A stretch of 64,000 bases of DNA from Octopus bimaculoides (lineage: Eukaryota): the NCBI RefSeq assembly GCF_001194135.2, contig NC_068983.1, positions 161,708,875 through 161,772,874 of the forward strand, given 5' to 3'. The notes beneath the pieces are model-generated. The model had not been told where the DNA came from. It was given only the letters and a program-made list of their open reading frames with translations, and did no database searches. Both the position numbers and the translations under genes were made by a program. Positions 1 through 12,966 of the stretch are shown here, in pieces (the first letter of the stretch is position 1; each line of letters starts with the position of its first letter).

Positions 1-1799
1 ATTTTACATCAGACTGGAGTACACGTCCCCTATCCTCCAAATGGCCTTTCACCTTGATATTCAGATTTTTTGGTTATGGAGTCAACCAGCTGAATGTTCC
101 AATGAATTCAGGGCACAATTTCTCATCAGAGCTGTGACAAGCCATCATCATCACCATCATTTAACGTCCATTGTCCATGCTGGCATGGGTTGGACGGCTT
201 GACCAGGGCTGGCATGCTGGAAGGATGCACCAGACTCCAGTCTGATTTGGTATGGATTTCTACAGTTGGATGCCCTTCCTAATGCCAACCACTCCTAGAG
301 TGTAATGGGTGCTTTTACATGCCACCAGCATGGATGCCATTTGCATGACACCAGTGTCTGCCATGACTGCGATTTTGCTCAGCTTGATGGGTCTTCTTTT
401 CAAGCACAACATAATGCCAAAGGTCTGGGTCATCGCCTCTGTGAGGCCCAATGCTTGAAAGGAAGTCAGCCACTTTGCTTCCATGAGGCCCAACACTCGA
501 AAGGTGCTCTTCTTATCAACCTGATACAGTGGTGGTGTTTTGCCACAAGAGACAAACCTGGCCCACACAAACATCTTTACAGTCAGTTTTCTTAACTATA
601 AATGGCTACATTAACAATGTTGAAGATTAGAAAGCTGATTGTTCAAATCAATGCCACCGACATACCCTGTAGAACAGGGTATTTCAACCCATTTATGTTC
701 ACAGGAATCACGGCTCTGTTTCTGTGATATCTGTGGTTGTTACAAAATAAGATTGGTTTTTGCCACACCAGACAAGAACAGTGTAATACAATGACAAAAC
801 ATTCTATCTGATTCTCCTCATGAATAAGTCATCATCATCATCGTTTAACGTCCACTTTCCATGCTAGCATGGGTTAACCCCTCCAATTTGTAGCAACAGT
901 TCCTTTGAAATGTATGCCATACTACAGCAACTACTCAGCCAATAAAATAAAATCAATCAGTTTAATTGTGCATAATTCAGTATAACAACCAGGCAGTTGA
1001 TCAAGCTCTCAACTATATTTTCATCTACCTGTGCTCCTGTGTAGATCTCATTGTAAACAATGGACCAATTCTGTCCTTCACATTGTAGAAAAGATACCAA
1101 ACCCTACTTGGTGGTACAATTGTATATTTCTGAGATGAGGAAATTTATGTATCAAGTTACATTAATTGGAGCGAAAGCAATAATTAAAACAAGGACACAA
1201 CTCTGACTCATGTAAAATAATACAAATTCCTCATCTAAGAAATCATTATCATCATCATCGTCATTTAACGTCGGCTTTCCATACGGGCAAGGGTTAGATG
1301 GTTTGACTGAGGACTGGTAAGCCAGAAGGCTGCACCAGGCTCCAATCTGATCTGGCAAGGTTTCTACAGCTGGATGCCCTTCTGAATGCCAACCACTCCT
1401 AGAGTGCAGTGGGTACTTTTTACATGCCACTGGCACAAGGGTCAGTCAGGCAGTACTGGCAACGGCCACGCCTGAATGGTGCCTTTTACATGCCACCAGC
1501 ATGGGACCAGTCAGCCGGTACTAGCAACGACCACACTCAAATGGTGCTTCTTACATGTCACTGGCACGGGACCAGTCAGCCAGCACGGGCATCAACCATG
1601 CTCAAACAGTGTTTTTTATGTGTCACTGGCACAGGAGCCGGTGAGGCAGCACTGGCAAATCAAGCGGCACTGGCATTGTATTATGCAATTGGTACGGAGC
1701 CAACATAAGACATTAATGGGGGCTTATAAGCCTTAAAAATTCATGCTGACACTGCCTCCAGGGATAGTGAAGTGGATAAAGGCATTGGTTAATGCAGTG

Positions 1800-1950
1800 C
1801 AGTCATGTAGTTCAATCCTAGATAAGGGGTACTCAGGTGAATCACAAGACAGCTGAAGAAGGCTGGAGAGTCCACCGCCAAAACGTAATGGAAGCAACAA
1901 TCAAGATGAGGACACCAGTGTGACTAATGTAACCGACTTGCCAGACTCCT
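1800..1950 (+). mobile_element. Penelope-type pseudo-LTR fragment with degenerate hammerhead core
   Basis: CTGAAGA-aggctgg...ccgcc-AAAAC-gt at 1853-1885; same family as 39100-39207 and, in antisense, 38880-38990. Confidence 0.5.
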
Positions 1951-4639
1951 CTCTTGTACTTTGTATATTGCCATATGGACACAGCTCTTTCTGTGGGATG
2001 CATACCCTGGTCCAACAAAAGATGTTGAAATAGTAGAAACTAAATTTGGACTCTACTTGTAGATCTTGTTCTTAAAAACAGTCAAATCCAGATTTGTTTA
2101 ACCTTTCTCAAAACCCAACCAAAACCAAAGTGGGTATGTGATCTTGTGATTACATAGAAAAAAAACCCATTTTCATATAGGTTCTTGAATAAAAAAAAAA
2201 CAGGCTTTTGGTTCATCTTTGAGAACTTGCTTTCATGGTTGTTAGGTTTGTTTGCCTTTGCTGCAGTAGCCTGATGTCTGGCTTTTGTAACAAACAAGTT
2301 GAAAAGTTCTTCTGTCTAAAAGATTCCAAAGAATTCTTTTGATTTAAGGTACTCATTGAAATTTGGAGAAGATCCTCCTACTTGGGACAACATCTTGGAC
2401 AAATATATGCGGACAAAAAAAAGCAGCATCAGAGTACCATTCTTGTGACAAGCCTGTCTTCTACCAGGACAATTATACCCTCTTATTTATGCTTGGTCTG
2501 CATCACTACTACTCCTCCGGTGATGGATATAATGAGAAAAGTGGAGTTGGAGGATATTACAGAGGTAGCAATAAGGGGAAGTCCGATCAAATGAGGATGA
2601 GGATATATATACGGCAGTGAAACACAGGTGCAGGGTATGGGGATGTAGTTAAGGAGAGCACAATCAAATAGTCCCACACAAGACAGCACCTTAGTCAAGT
2701 GTGAATAACCATAGCCTGGGATAAATTGGATAGATGGAAATTGTATGGAAGCCTGTCAGACTGTACCTGTTTTTAGGTAGTCGACTTAATCTGGTCCTTG
2801 ACTACCTTAAGCAAAGTCTAATTTGTGGTAAACATTCAGGCTACATCACATCATCATTGTTTAAACATCCATTTCCATGCTGGCATGGGTTGGATGGTTT
2901 GACTGAGGACTGGCAAGCCAGGAGGCTGCACCAGGCTCCAAACTGATCTGGCAAAGTTTCTACAGTTGGATGCCCTTCCAAACACCAACCACTCCAAGAG
3001 TGTAGTGGGTGCTTTTTACGTGCCACCAGCACAGGAACCAGTCAGGCAGCACTGGCGTCGGCCACGTTCAGATGGTGCTTTTTACGTGCCACTGGCACAG
3101 GAGCCAGTCAGGGGGCACTGGCATTGACCATGTTTGGATGGTGCTTTTTATGTGTCACGGCACAGGAAGCCAATCAGGCGACACTGGCATCGACCCACGC
3201 TTGAATGGTGCTTATTATGTGCCACCAGCACAAAAGCCAGTCAGGTGGCACTGGCATCGGCCACAACTACAATTTCCATTTTAATTTCGATTTCACTTGA
3301 CTCAATAGGTCTTCTCAAGCACAGCATATTGCCTGACAATTCAAGGCTACTTTTAAATGGGCTGGTTATGTGACACTGGTATTGGCCCCAGCTGCAATCT
3401 CACTTAACTTGTCGGGTCATTGGCCACAATTTCGATTACACTTGGCTCAACAGGTGGTCTTCTCAAGCATAGCATATCGCCTGCATTAATGTGCTGCTTC
3501 TGACCACAGCAAGCCATAATATATGCTTTCTTCTTCTTCTTCCTCCCATTCTACCAGCCCTTTCTCTTCCCATTAATCTCTTATTTTAAAGAGAAAATTT
3601 AAAACCTCCAGAAACATGAGTAAATAGCTTATAAAAAGCACCATTTGAGCGTGGTTGTTGACAATGCAGCCTGACTGGCTCCCATGTCGGTGGCACGTAA
3701 AAAGCACCATCTGAACATGGCCGATGCCAGTACCACCTGATTGGCCCTCGAGCTGGTAGCACATAAAAAGCACCCACTACACTCTCGGAGTGGTTGGCAT
3801 TAGGAAGGGTATCCAGCTGTAGAAACCTTGCCAGATCAGATTGGAGCCTGGTGCAGCCTTCTGGCTTGCCAGTCCTCAGTCAAACTGTCCAACCCATGCC
3901 AGCATAGAAAGCGGACGTTAAATGATGATGGTAAACCTGCTATTGTAAAACAAAATACAGTCAACAAAATCAGCCTCAAAACAACACTGCTTTTTATTAT
4001 ATTACTGCAGAATAACAACAAAAGTGACCTCAATGCAAGTGAAATACAAAACCTAAGAAAAGAAAAGTCAACAGACTTTGTTGAGAGGCAATCCTGGTTT
4101 TGTAACATTTTCTACATTAAAAGTATAAGACTATGATTTATAAAGAAGAGATAAGATGAGATGATAGTCATGCTTTCTCAAGAACATGAAGGGTGTAAAA
4201 CAGCCTCATCCAGGAAACAAAACCAGGTTCAGACTAAGTTTGTACAAAAACAGCACTGTTTACCTTCAATATTAGCAAATGATTTGACCTTGTCTAGCAG
4301 GAGACTCTCGTATTACAACAGTCTATCAATCAACTTCCTGTTTAACATACTTTAACAAAACTTGTTTTTGATTTCTCACTTGTTATGACATAGGATTGCC
4401 TCCTCAATAAATTCTTTCTTTTGTTAACATACAACTATTAAAACTCATATCCTTGCTTGATAATGACCCCACTTTAAACTAAAAGCTATCCTTATTGATA
4501 GTCAAGGCTGATTTACATTTTTTCACCTCTGCTTCCAACTGCGCCAGACTACCGCTTGTCTTGAGTTTAAGATAGCCAAGAGACAATAGCCACCTACAGA
4601 ACCAATAAGTTAAAAAATACAATTTTATACAAGCAAGGT

Positions 4640-5450
4640 TTGAACTTATAAACTTTAAGTCTCCTGACTGCTGAAGACATGCATAGGCTTGAAAGAAATG
4701 AAGCTAGCATGATCCGCTGGATGTGTAATGTCAATGTGCACACACGACAGAGTGTAAGCACGCAGAGAGAAATATTGGACATAAGAAGCATCAGACGTGG
4801 CATGCAAGAGAGACGTTTGCGCTGGTATGGTCATGTACTGCAGATGGACGAGGAGAGCTGTGTGAGGAGGTGCCACTCCCAAACAGTGGAAGGAATCCAG
4901 GGTAGAGGGAGACCCAGGAAGACATGGGATGAGGTGGTGAAGCACGACCTTCGAGCATTGGGCCTCACAGAGGCACTGACAGGGTACCAAGACCTCTAGA
5001 GGTATGCTGTGACTGAGAGGACCCAGCAAATAAAGTGAATTCACAGCTGTAACCTACACCAGTGTCGCATAACCAGCCCACTCAAAAGTACATCAACATC
5101 AAATCAAATGGAAATTGTAGTTGTGACCCCCGTGCCAGTAGCACATAAAAAGCACCATCCAAACATGGCCGATGCCAGTGCCGCTTTGACTGGCTTCCAT
5201 GCCGGTGGCACATAAAAAGCACCATCCAATCATGGTCAATGCCAGATCCTCAGACCCATGTGCCAGTGGCACGTAAAAAGCACCCGCTACACTCTCAGAG
5301 TGGCTGGTGTTAAGAAGGGTATCCAGCTGTAGAAACACTGCCAGATCAGATTGGGGCCTGGTGCAGCCTCCTGACTTCCCAGACCCCAGTCAAACCGTCC
5401 AACCCTTGCCAGCATGGAAAACGGACGTTAAACAATGATGATGATGATGA
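4640..5450 (+). mobile_element. RTE-clade LINE, 5'-truncated (ORF C-terminus, 3' UTR, (GAT)n tail)
   Basis: ORF 4679-4999 HRLERNEASMIRWMC...RRLRWYGHVL...GRGRPRKTW; UTR with GGCACRTAAAAAGCAC units; ends ggacgttaaacaatgatgatgatg. Confidence 0.88.
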
Positions 5451-5769
5451 CTCTCTTAATTTGACATAAATTCAACCTACATCTTAATAATATTTAACTT
5501 GTTGGAACAAGTTTTATAAACTGGTTAGAGCTGAACCAGTAAAACAAAAGTTTGTCATCATGTAACAAGCCAAAACTGATTCAGTTTAGTTAACATATCC
5601 AATCCAACTTGGTTGATTAAACACTGAAAATTGAGTGATTAACCTTTGTAATTAACAATTATTAAACAGTGAATCTAATGAAACATAGTACTTGACTGTT
5701 ATTAAATGAAGGTGTACCAGGAATGAATAATAGCATGTTATTTAATGCCAGACAAATGAAAGGCAAACA

Positions 5770-6540
5770 TCAACCTCAATAGGACTTAATATAAAGTACG
5801 TAAAATACCACAAGACATTGTGTATGGTGCTCTACTGATTCTACTTGTTGAAAAGATGCAGCCCTCTTTAAAATGTCATCTATGAATAGGATGAAGAAAG
5901 GTCTCTCTCTCCAAGTGAAGGGAAGATTGTATGATGCATGTGTATGAACTGTGATGCTGCATGGCAATGAGATGTGGGCCCTAAATGTGTAGGGCATGTG
6001 AAGGCTGAAGAGGAATGAAGCTGGTATGCTTTGCTGGATGTGCAGTGTAAGTGTGCATGTGTGACAGTGCACTGGTGTATTGAGAGGGGAGTTGGGCATA
6101 AGAGGAATCATGTACAGTGTGCAAGAGAGGAGGCTGCACTGGTTTGGTCATGAGATGTGGGTGGATGGGGACACTTAAAGTGGAGGGAACTTGTGGAAGA
6201 GGGAGACCTAGGAAGACAGGGACAGAGTATTGAAGACTGATCTCAAAACACTTAGCTTTACAAAGGAGATAACAGAGGACTGAGATATGTGGTGCATTAC
6301 TGTATTGAAGAAGACCTGCCCACCACAGCAGAATTGAGATCCTAAAACCAAGGTGCCACATAAAAAGCACCCAGTACACTCTGTAAAGTGGTTGGTGTTA
6401 AGAAGGGCATCCAGCTGTAGAAAACATGCCAAAACAGACTATGGAACCTGGTGTGGCCCCTGGCCTTGCCAGTTCCTGTCAAGCCATCCGACCCATGCCA
6501 GCATGGAAAACAGACGTCAAATGGTGGTGGTGGTGGTGCA
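5770..6540 (+). mobile_element. RTE LINE 3' fragment, degenerate
   Basis: Frameshifted LSLQVKGRLYDAC...RLKRNEAGMLCWMC...RRLHWFGH...GRPRKT, then the same 3' tail. Confidence 0.8.
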
Positions 6541-8797
6541 AGGCTGTGGCCTTTAACTTGGCACCTACAATCACTTTTATGTTTACATATATAAATCACA
6601 ACCTAATGCAAATTATAAACATTAAGATATTAACAGGTTTCCTTTCTGAGATATTTTAAAAGATTGTTAAACTTTTTGAACAGAAGTGAATATTATTTAA
6701 TAGTATTTTTTATTTTTATGATAAAGCATAAAATTAATGAAGAAATTATCTAAGTTTAGAAAAAAAATTACAGTTTAGACCAATGTTTCCAAATCAGAAT
6801 ATCACAATATCTAGAGGCGTCACTAAAATTCTTAGATTTACATCACGAGTAAAATTATGAAGTTCAGCGTGTTTAAGAATGTTTAAAAGTTGAAGAAGAA
6901 GTGGGTGTGTCATAGATGTTGGTGTCGTTTTGTGTCTTGAAACAATGACCAAGAAGTTGGTTTATAAATACACTGGGAAGGAATGACTTTTCTTGTAATT
7001 AGGTGATACTTTTGTCAAACCTTGGAATTTAAACCAAATTATGACAAAGCAGCTAAGTATATTTAATAGATGAATGAATAAGGAAATTATAATTTAAAAA
7101 AAAACCACGACGACTATAAAACATATCGAGAGGAGAATGAGTAAATTGTCGATATTCTATTTTGATTTTAAATTTAAGAAATACAATTATTATTGAAGTT
7201 CTGCATAGATTACATCAATTTTATTTAATGAAATCGAATAATGCAGTATCAATTAAAAACTGAAAAAGAATCTAGGATTTTAGTCATGAAAAATGTATAT
7301 AAAATAACAAATTCAGCTTCAACATTGGTCTTTAAAATACCTTCAGTTGCCAACTAAGATTTTTTTCCTCAAGAAATTATGTCATAGACTAAGAAATAAA
7401 CCTTTTGGAATTAAGTGTCTGCCAACTGAAGAGGCTAATTAAATAATGTCACTAATAACGAGCCAAATAAATAGGACTTCGCCAAAAAGATACCAGTACA
7501 GCACCTCTTTTGCATTCCATACAATCGTCCGTTGCCCAAAGACAATCGATAATCTTCTGGAATTCAAATGATTTATATGAAATAAGAGTTGATCAGTCAG
7601 TCGAAGACAATACACTAATAAACTGATTAGATTAATTATCGAAAGGTGTAATTGCAAATGAGTGAGATAAAAAATGTTTCAACACACACACACACATGTA
7701 TGTGCGTATGTGTGTGTGTGTGTGTATAAGAATATAGAAGCAATGACGAATACTTTTTTAATAGGCACAAAATTAATTTTATATATGCGATCTGTTTTAT
7801 CAACAGATCTCTGTAATGACCAGAAACGATGTCGAAGTTGATATTAGAAACTGAAGGCCAACAAATGGATCGCAATTGCTGTTTGTGGGTAAAGGCCACC
7901 AAAATAATAAATGATGTGTCATATATCTACAGGAAAGGAAATAATATAGGAGGGTCATGACTTTACTTTAGACCCGGTGAGAACTGAAACCCCAGGCCGC
8001 AATTTCGACAGACCGGCAAACTGGTTTAAGTCTTCGATACACTTTTTAGGTTTGCAAAGGATTGGAAATGAAATAATGTAATATTTATGATGGTTAAGGT
8101 CAAAGTTAGAGTCGAACCCCGGGAAGTTGGCTTCGTTCACCTCGGCAGACTTTATTTGTAAGAAATAAGGACGAAAAAAACAGAAGAAAGGGTAAATTCT
8201 TTAGAGAAACCATATATTTTGAAATAAAATAAATAATACCGACACGGAATAAGATGAAAGAGGGAAAACTTGAAAAGGCAATTAGTAAATGAATGAATAT
8301 ATTAAATGATTGTACAACTGAAAGAAAAGCAGAAATGCTGACAATACTTTCGACGATTGATGGGGGTTGAAAAAGTTGGAAGAAATGGTCAAAGGATAAG
8401 AAAAAAAGTTATTAATATAAGGAAGAGTTAGTTAATCAATATTATATAGCTATATAAAAAGATAGTTTTAAATATTTCACATAACAACAACAATGTTTAT
8501 CAATCGAAATATGTCATTAGCCATAAATTCTCGATATTAAATTTCACTGAAGGAGATTTAAAATAAGATCTAACTTATTTCTCTAACATGTTGTTGTCAT
8601 AAAAGACATTTCTTGGAGATCTTTTCTTTATTTAATGTTTTTTAGAAAGATTTTCTGAAACTTTATGTTGACTGGTTCTGTTAACAATAGAATTTGTAGT
8701 TAGAAATTTATCTATTGAGCATATTTCTAAATGAAAAGCCGTAATAAACAGCTGTGGAAGATTGTCAACGCCCTGTTAAATGGTTTTGGTTACTTAC

Positions 8798-8863
8798 TGT
8801 GTAGGTCCCTGTTCCATCTTTGTCTTGGAATTCTTTTGTGTCAGGGATAGACAGATGCATCAT
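8798..8863 (-). CDS. SNX17: Sorting nexin-17-like, first coding exon (rest of gene not found in window)
   Basis: MMHLSIPDTKEFQDKDGTGTYT then gtaagt donor, phase 0. Resembles the SNX17 N-terminus MHFSIPET...GGSAYV with, from memory, the same first-intron position. A CpG-rich promoter-like patch lies just upstream. No exon 2 found in 1-8797. Confidence 0.72.
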
Positions 8864-8979
8864 GGAAAGACAACAGAAAGCAAACGAGATTTCGGAGCGA
8901 AAAGCAATGTAAAATTAAACGTAATATGTTGGAAAGTTCTGTGAAAGTAAGCCGTAAATAATCAAGTTTGTTTCAATAA

Positions 8980-9062
8980 TTGACGTCGCGGCCATCAGCT
9001 GCCGTTCGGCTTGTCGCCATTAGCAGTTATGTCCCCTTGACGTCAGCGCCCCCTACTGGCAC
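8980..9062 (-). promoter_or_regulatory. Probable SNX17-like promoter: CRE, CTCF-like site, YY1-like ATGGC motifs
   Basis: TGACGTCA at 9038-9045; GTGCCAGTAGGGGGCGCTG on - strand at 9044-9062; TGACGTCG at 8981; local CpG enrichment in AT-rich DNA. Confidence 0.65.
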
Positions 9063-9207
9063 TGCGACTCACAACAACTTTTATCTTGAAATTTGTTGTC
9101 ATCATACTCACTCACTTATGATGGCTTAAGTTACACTTTACATACTGCGATATATCAATGCAAAATAAAAACGTCTAACTTATAAATGTAGAAATGTCTG
9201 GCAAACA

Positions 9208-10050
9208 TCATCATCATCATTTAACGTCCATTTTCCAGGCTGGCATGGGTTGGACGGTTTGACAGGAGCTGTCCAGACTCCAATTGTCCGTTTTGGCATG
9301 GTTTCTATGGTTGGATACCCTTCCTAACACCAACTACTTTACAGAGTGTGTTAGGTGCTTTTTATATGCCACTAGCACAGGTATGTTTTCACAGTACCGG
9401 AATGAATGCATTTTATGTAGCACCAGCATGGGTGCTTTTTAAGTGGCACTGGCACCGGAAAAGACAAACCTGTATGTATAGATGACTGTGATTTTACTCA
9501 GCTTGACGTGTCTTCTCAAGTACATCAAATTGCCACATCTCCCGGTCCCTTGCCATTTCCTCAGTGAGGCCCAACATCTGAAGATCCTTTCTCACCACTT
9601 TGTCCCACGTCTTCTTGGGTCTACCCTTTCTTCACGTTCCCTCCACAGTTACAGATCAGCACTCTTTAAGCAGCTGTCCTCATCCATATGCATCACGTGA
9701 CCAAACAAGCACAGTCTTCTCTATTGCACACAACACCTGATGCCTCTTATACCCAGTTTTCCTCTTAAAATCATTTACACTCTGTCGTGCATACACACTG
9801 ACATTACCCATCCAGTGGAGCTTGCTAGCTTCATTTCTTTCAAACCTTCGTAAGTCCTCTGTAGCCAAAGCTCATGCTTCACTGCCATGTAACATAGCTG
9901 CATGTACACAATCATACAATCTGCTTTTCAGTCTGAGGGAGAGGCCCTTTGTTAATAACAAAAGTAGAAGCTCTCTGAACTTTACCTAGCCTGTTCTTAT
10001 TCTAGTAACTACACGTTCAGAACTTCCTTTTCCACTTCTAACGTGGTCAC
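9208..10050 (-). mobile_element. RTE LINE 3' fragment
   Basis: ATEDLRRFERNEASKLHWMGNVSV on - strand plus tail starting catcatcatcatttaacgtcc. Confidence 0.8.
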
Positions 10051-10219
10051 CTAGGTAACAGAAACTATAAAGACAAAAATAATTTTAAAATGGAGAAGAC
10101 AAATTCAGAAAAATGAATATTCAAACACTTTTCCTGGACCATAGCAGACAATATTTTCATTTTACTGCAAAGCATTTTTATCTATCACGCTTTTGGCTAC
10201 TAGAATGGCTGGTATATCT

Positions 10220-11220
10220 GCTAACAAAAATCTTAGATAAAGCAATTGAAGATAAGGAAAGCTCTTGAACCATCAGGAATTATTACTGAGATGCTTGAAA
10301 TATCTGGCAGTATGACCAAATCACCCACAGAGTCACTCAGGTTGGATAGGAAGGTGTCATATCCAATGACTGGCACAAAAATATCATAGTCAACTGTTAC
10401 AAGGGTAAAGGGGACACTTGAGGGAGAGATAAGAGAGATAAAGTCATGAAAGTAACAGAAGTTCTAGTTTTGATTATTTAGGGAAAGACTTTGACTAGAT
10501 GAAAACAATTCAGTTTTGTGTCAAGAAGAAGTACTACTGATGCTATCTTTCTAAAAAAACAGTTGCAAGAAAATATTTAGCCACTGTACTTTGTCAACCT
10601 GAAGAAAGCCTTTGAAAGGGTCCTACACTCTCTTATATAAACTACATACAAAGGTTTTGTTAGTCAGTTGAAAGCTTGCAATGAGTACAGCAACGAATTT
10701 AGTGGCAAGTAGCTCATCAGGGTTCAATTCTCAGTCTTTTCCTAATCATCATAGTCCTCCAGGCCATAACAGAGGAGATTAAGACCAGGTGCTAGTGGGA
10801 CCTACTATATGTTAATGACCTCATTTTTATCACTGAATCTGTAGAAGAATTATAAATGCTACATAATAGTGAAGCATGGTCTTTGACTGCAAAGACTAGA
10901 ATGAAATGCTTTGCTGGATGTGCAATGTCAATGTATATGAATGACAAAATGGTAAGAGAAAAACTGGACATAGGAGAAATCAGATGTAGGGATCAAGAGA
11001 GAAGACTATGGTGGTATAGATATGCAATGTGTAGGGATGAAGGACAACTGTAAAAAAAAATTCCATTCACTTATATGGGACGGAACCTGTGGAAGTAAAA
11101 GAACCATGAAAACAATCCTGAGATCATGAAATAGTGAAGGTTGATCTCAGGAGTTTGTGTTTCATGAAGGAAATTGCTAAAGACCAAGGTGACTGGCAAT
11201 ATATGGTTCTTGAGAAAACC
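10220..11220 (+). mobile_element. Old RTE LINE reverse-transcriptase fragment
   Basis: Frameshifted GKA-GPSGI-EMLKISG, IPNDW..IIVNCYKGKGD, MLHNSEAWSLT, RRLWW motifs. Confidence 0.65.
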
Positions 11221-11229
11221 CATTCTTTA

Positions 11230-12060
11230 CAGTAAAACTGAGGTTCTGGAAGTATAATGTGGCTCTGCCACACAATTTGTCCCAGTTATGCCTTCTCCAC
11301 CATCCTCTCATTGCCCTATTACTGATTTCTCCATCACTCTTCTAATTCCTGCAATGTTCTGCTGCTGTACCTAAATGAGACCAGAACTACATATCCCATC
11401 ATCCTTTGCAGAACTACCAGTCATCTCAATCTGAACCCAAAACCATTCTCTTTCACATCCATCCTTCATTCTTAACATCTTCCTTTCCCACGACATTTCT
11501 GTTATCTTCCCATCTCACTGGAACCACTTCCTGTTGACTGGTCCCAATGTTTTTATGACCACTTTCACCCTTATCATCATACATTTCCCATTCTCCTCAC
11601 ACACTCTCACAACACACCCATCCACTTATCATTTCTCTTTCCCTCATCCTTCCTCAGTCTGCCATATTACTATTTCACTGCTCTTTGCCCTTTCTCTACA
11701 GCCAGTCATCACCTCTTTTACCCTAATTTTCCCCCAATTCATATTACTCACTTCTCCATCTTTTTTCACCATTCACTACATTCACCACATCCCTTCCTCC
11801 ACCTCTTATCATCCTTCACTCTCCTCACTCTCTTCACACACACCCTCTCACTCTCCTCATACACTCCTGCAACTTCTTCCTGCTCACTCTGACACCTTAT
11901 TATCACCATCTTCATCTCTCTGGCTTCATTCTAATTCCTCCCACCCACTCTTCTAAGTTGTAAGTTGCCATGTCATTCCTTAACAGCAAGAAACCTGTTT
12001 TGGCCCCTTTTTCCATGCTTTAGATTCTCGTCCCCTAACCTAAAATTACCTTCCTCTCTA
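11230..12060. repeat. Pyrimidine-rich low-complexity tract; purine-rich counterpart with about 60-bp internal duplication at 15480-16180
   Basis: Strong strand bias; ORFs 11534-11956 and 15665-16036 are compositional artefacts. Confidence 0.7.
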
Positions 12061-12341
12061 CTGTAGCCCCATTCACTTGAACAGGGATCTTAGTCTTGCA
12101 GACGACATGGCCACCTCAATAATGCTGGTGCTATGAAAAAAAGCACCCAGTACCTTCTGAATATCCTTCCTAATGCCAACCACTAAGTGGCATTAGGAAA
12201 GACATCCAGTTGTAGAAACCATGCTGAAGCAGACACTGGAACATGATGCAGTCCTCCAACTCATTAAATCTTGTCAGACCATCCAACCCATGCCAGCACA
12301 GAAGAGACGTTAAATGCTGATGATGATGAAGATGACATCAT

Positions 12342-12966
12342 TTAGGTTGTCTGGAAAATACTGTCTGATTTTTTAAAAACATTTTTTCAAATTCGATTCA
12401 AGATGTTTTTTGTGTTTTAGACTAAAATTTTACATGCTTAATAATTAATATGCACTCTTTCATAAATTTTTATTGATTTCTTTCAGAATATAATTTTGAA
12501 GCATAGAATTCCTTAATTTCAAACATGAAAAAAGAAATAATGCATTTACTTTTAATGCATGAATTCAAGCTTGGGTATAATGCTTCCCAAACAGCTACCG
12601 ATATCAACAGAGTATGGTGGGGGTGTTATCACATCCTCAACATTCTCCTGATTTTTCACCATAATCTTTTACCATATTCTCCTGATCTTTCACCCACCAA
12701 CTTCCACTTTTTCAAGCATCACAACATTTTTTTAAAGCAAAAAGCCTTCCATTCCAAAACCAAGGTCAAAACTGAATTCAAGGATTTCTTGGCATCAAAA
12801 CCTTTGGATTTTTATCAAAGAGGCATAAATGACCTTGTTAATTGATGGGAGAAATGTATAGCTTTTCAGGGATCATATTTTGAATAATTAAACCTTTGTA
12901 TAAGTTCAGTTTTCCAAGAATATAGGCCTATTTTCAAAATGGGCCATTATTTTCTGAACAACCTAA
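12342..12966 (+). mobile_element. Internally deleted mariner element
   Basis: TIRs ttaggttgtctggaaaata / tattttctgaacaacctaa. ORF 12525-12845 joins the HTH start (HEFKLGYNASQTATDINRVW) to the C-terminus (PYSPDLSPTNFHFF..FYQRGI..*WEKCI..QGSYFE). Confidence 0.88.

Noticed and set aside
666-1130. Two - strand exon-like segments (666-730, 1029-1130) as SNX17 exon 2
   Set aside because: No frame resembles the PX-domain sequence expected next (YNIHVNG..RYS), and splice signals are weak.
3006-3270. CRISPR-like repeat/spacer appearance of the 60-bp arrays
   Set aside because: Eukaryotic intronic context, no cas genes, and the 'spacers' are homologous to each other; these are RTE UTR tandem duplications.
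260-6659. Many 60-130 aa ORFs (e.g. [21 protein letters not shown] types), also throughout the window
   Set aside because: Recurrent translations of RTE tails and microsatellites, not genes.
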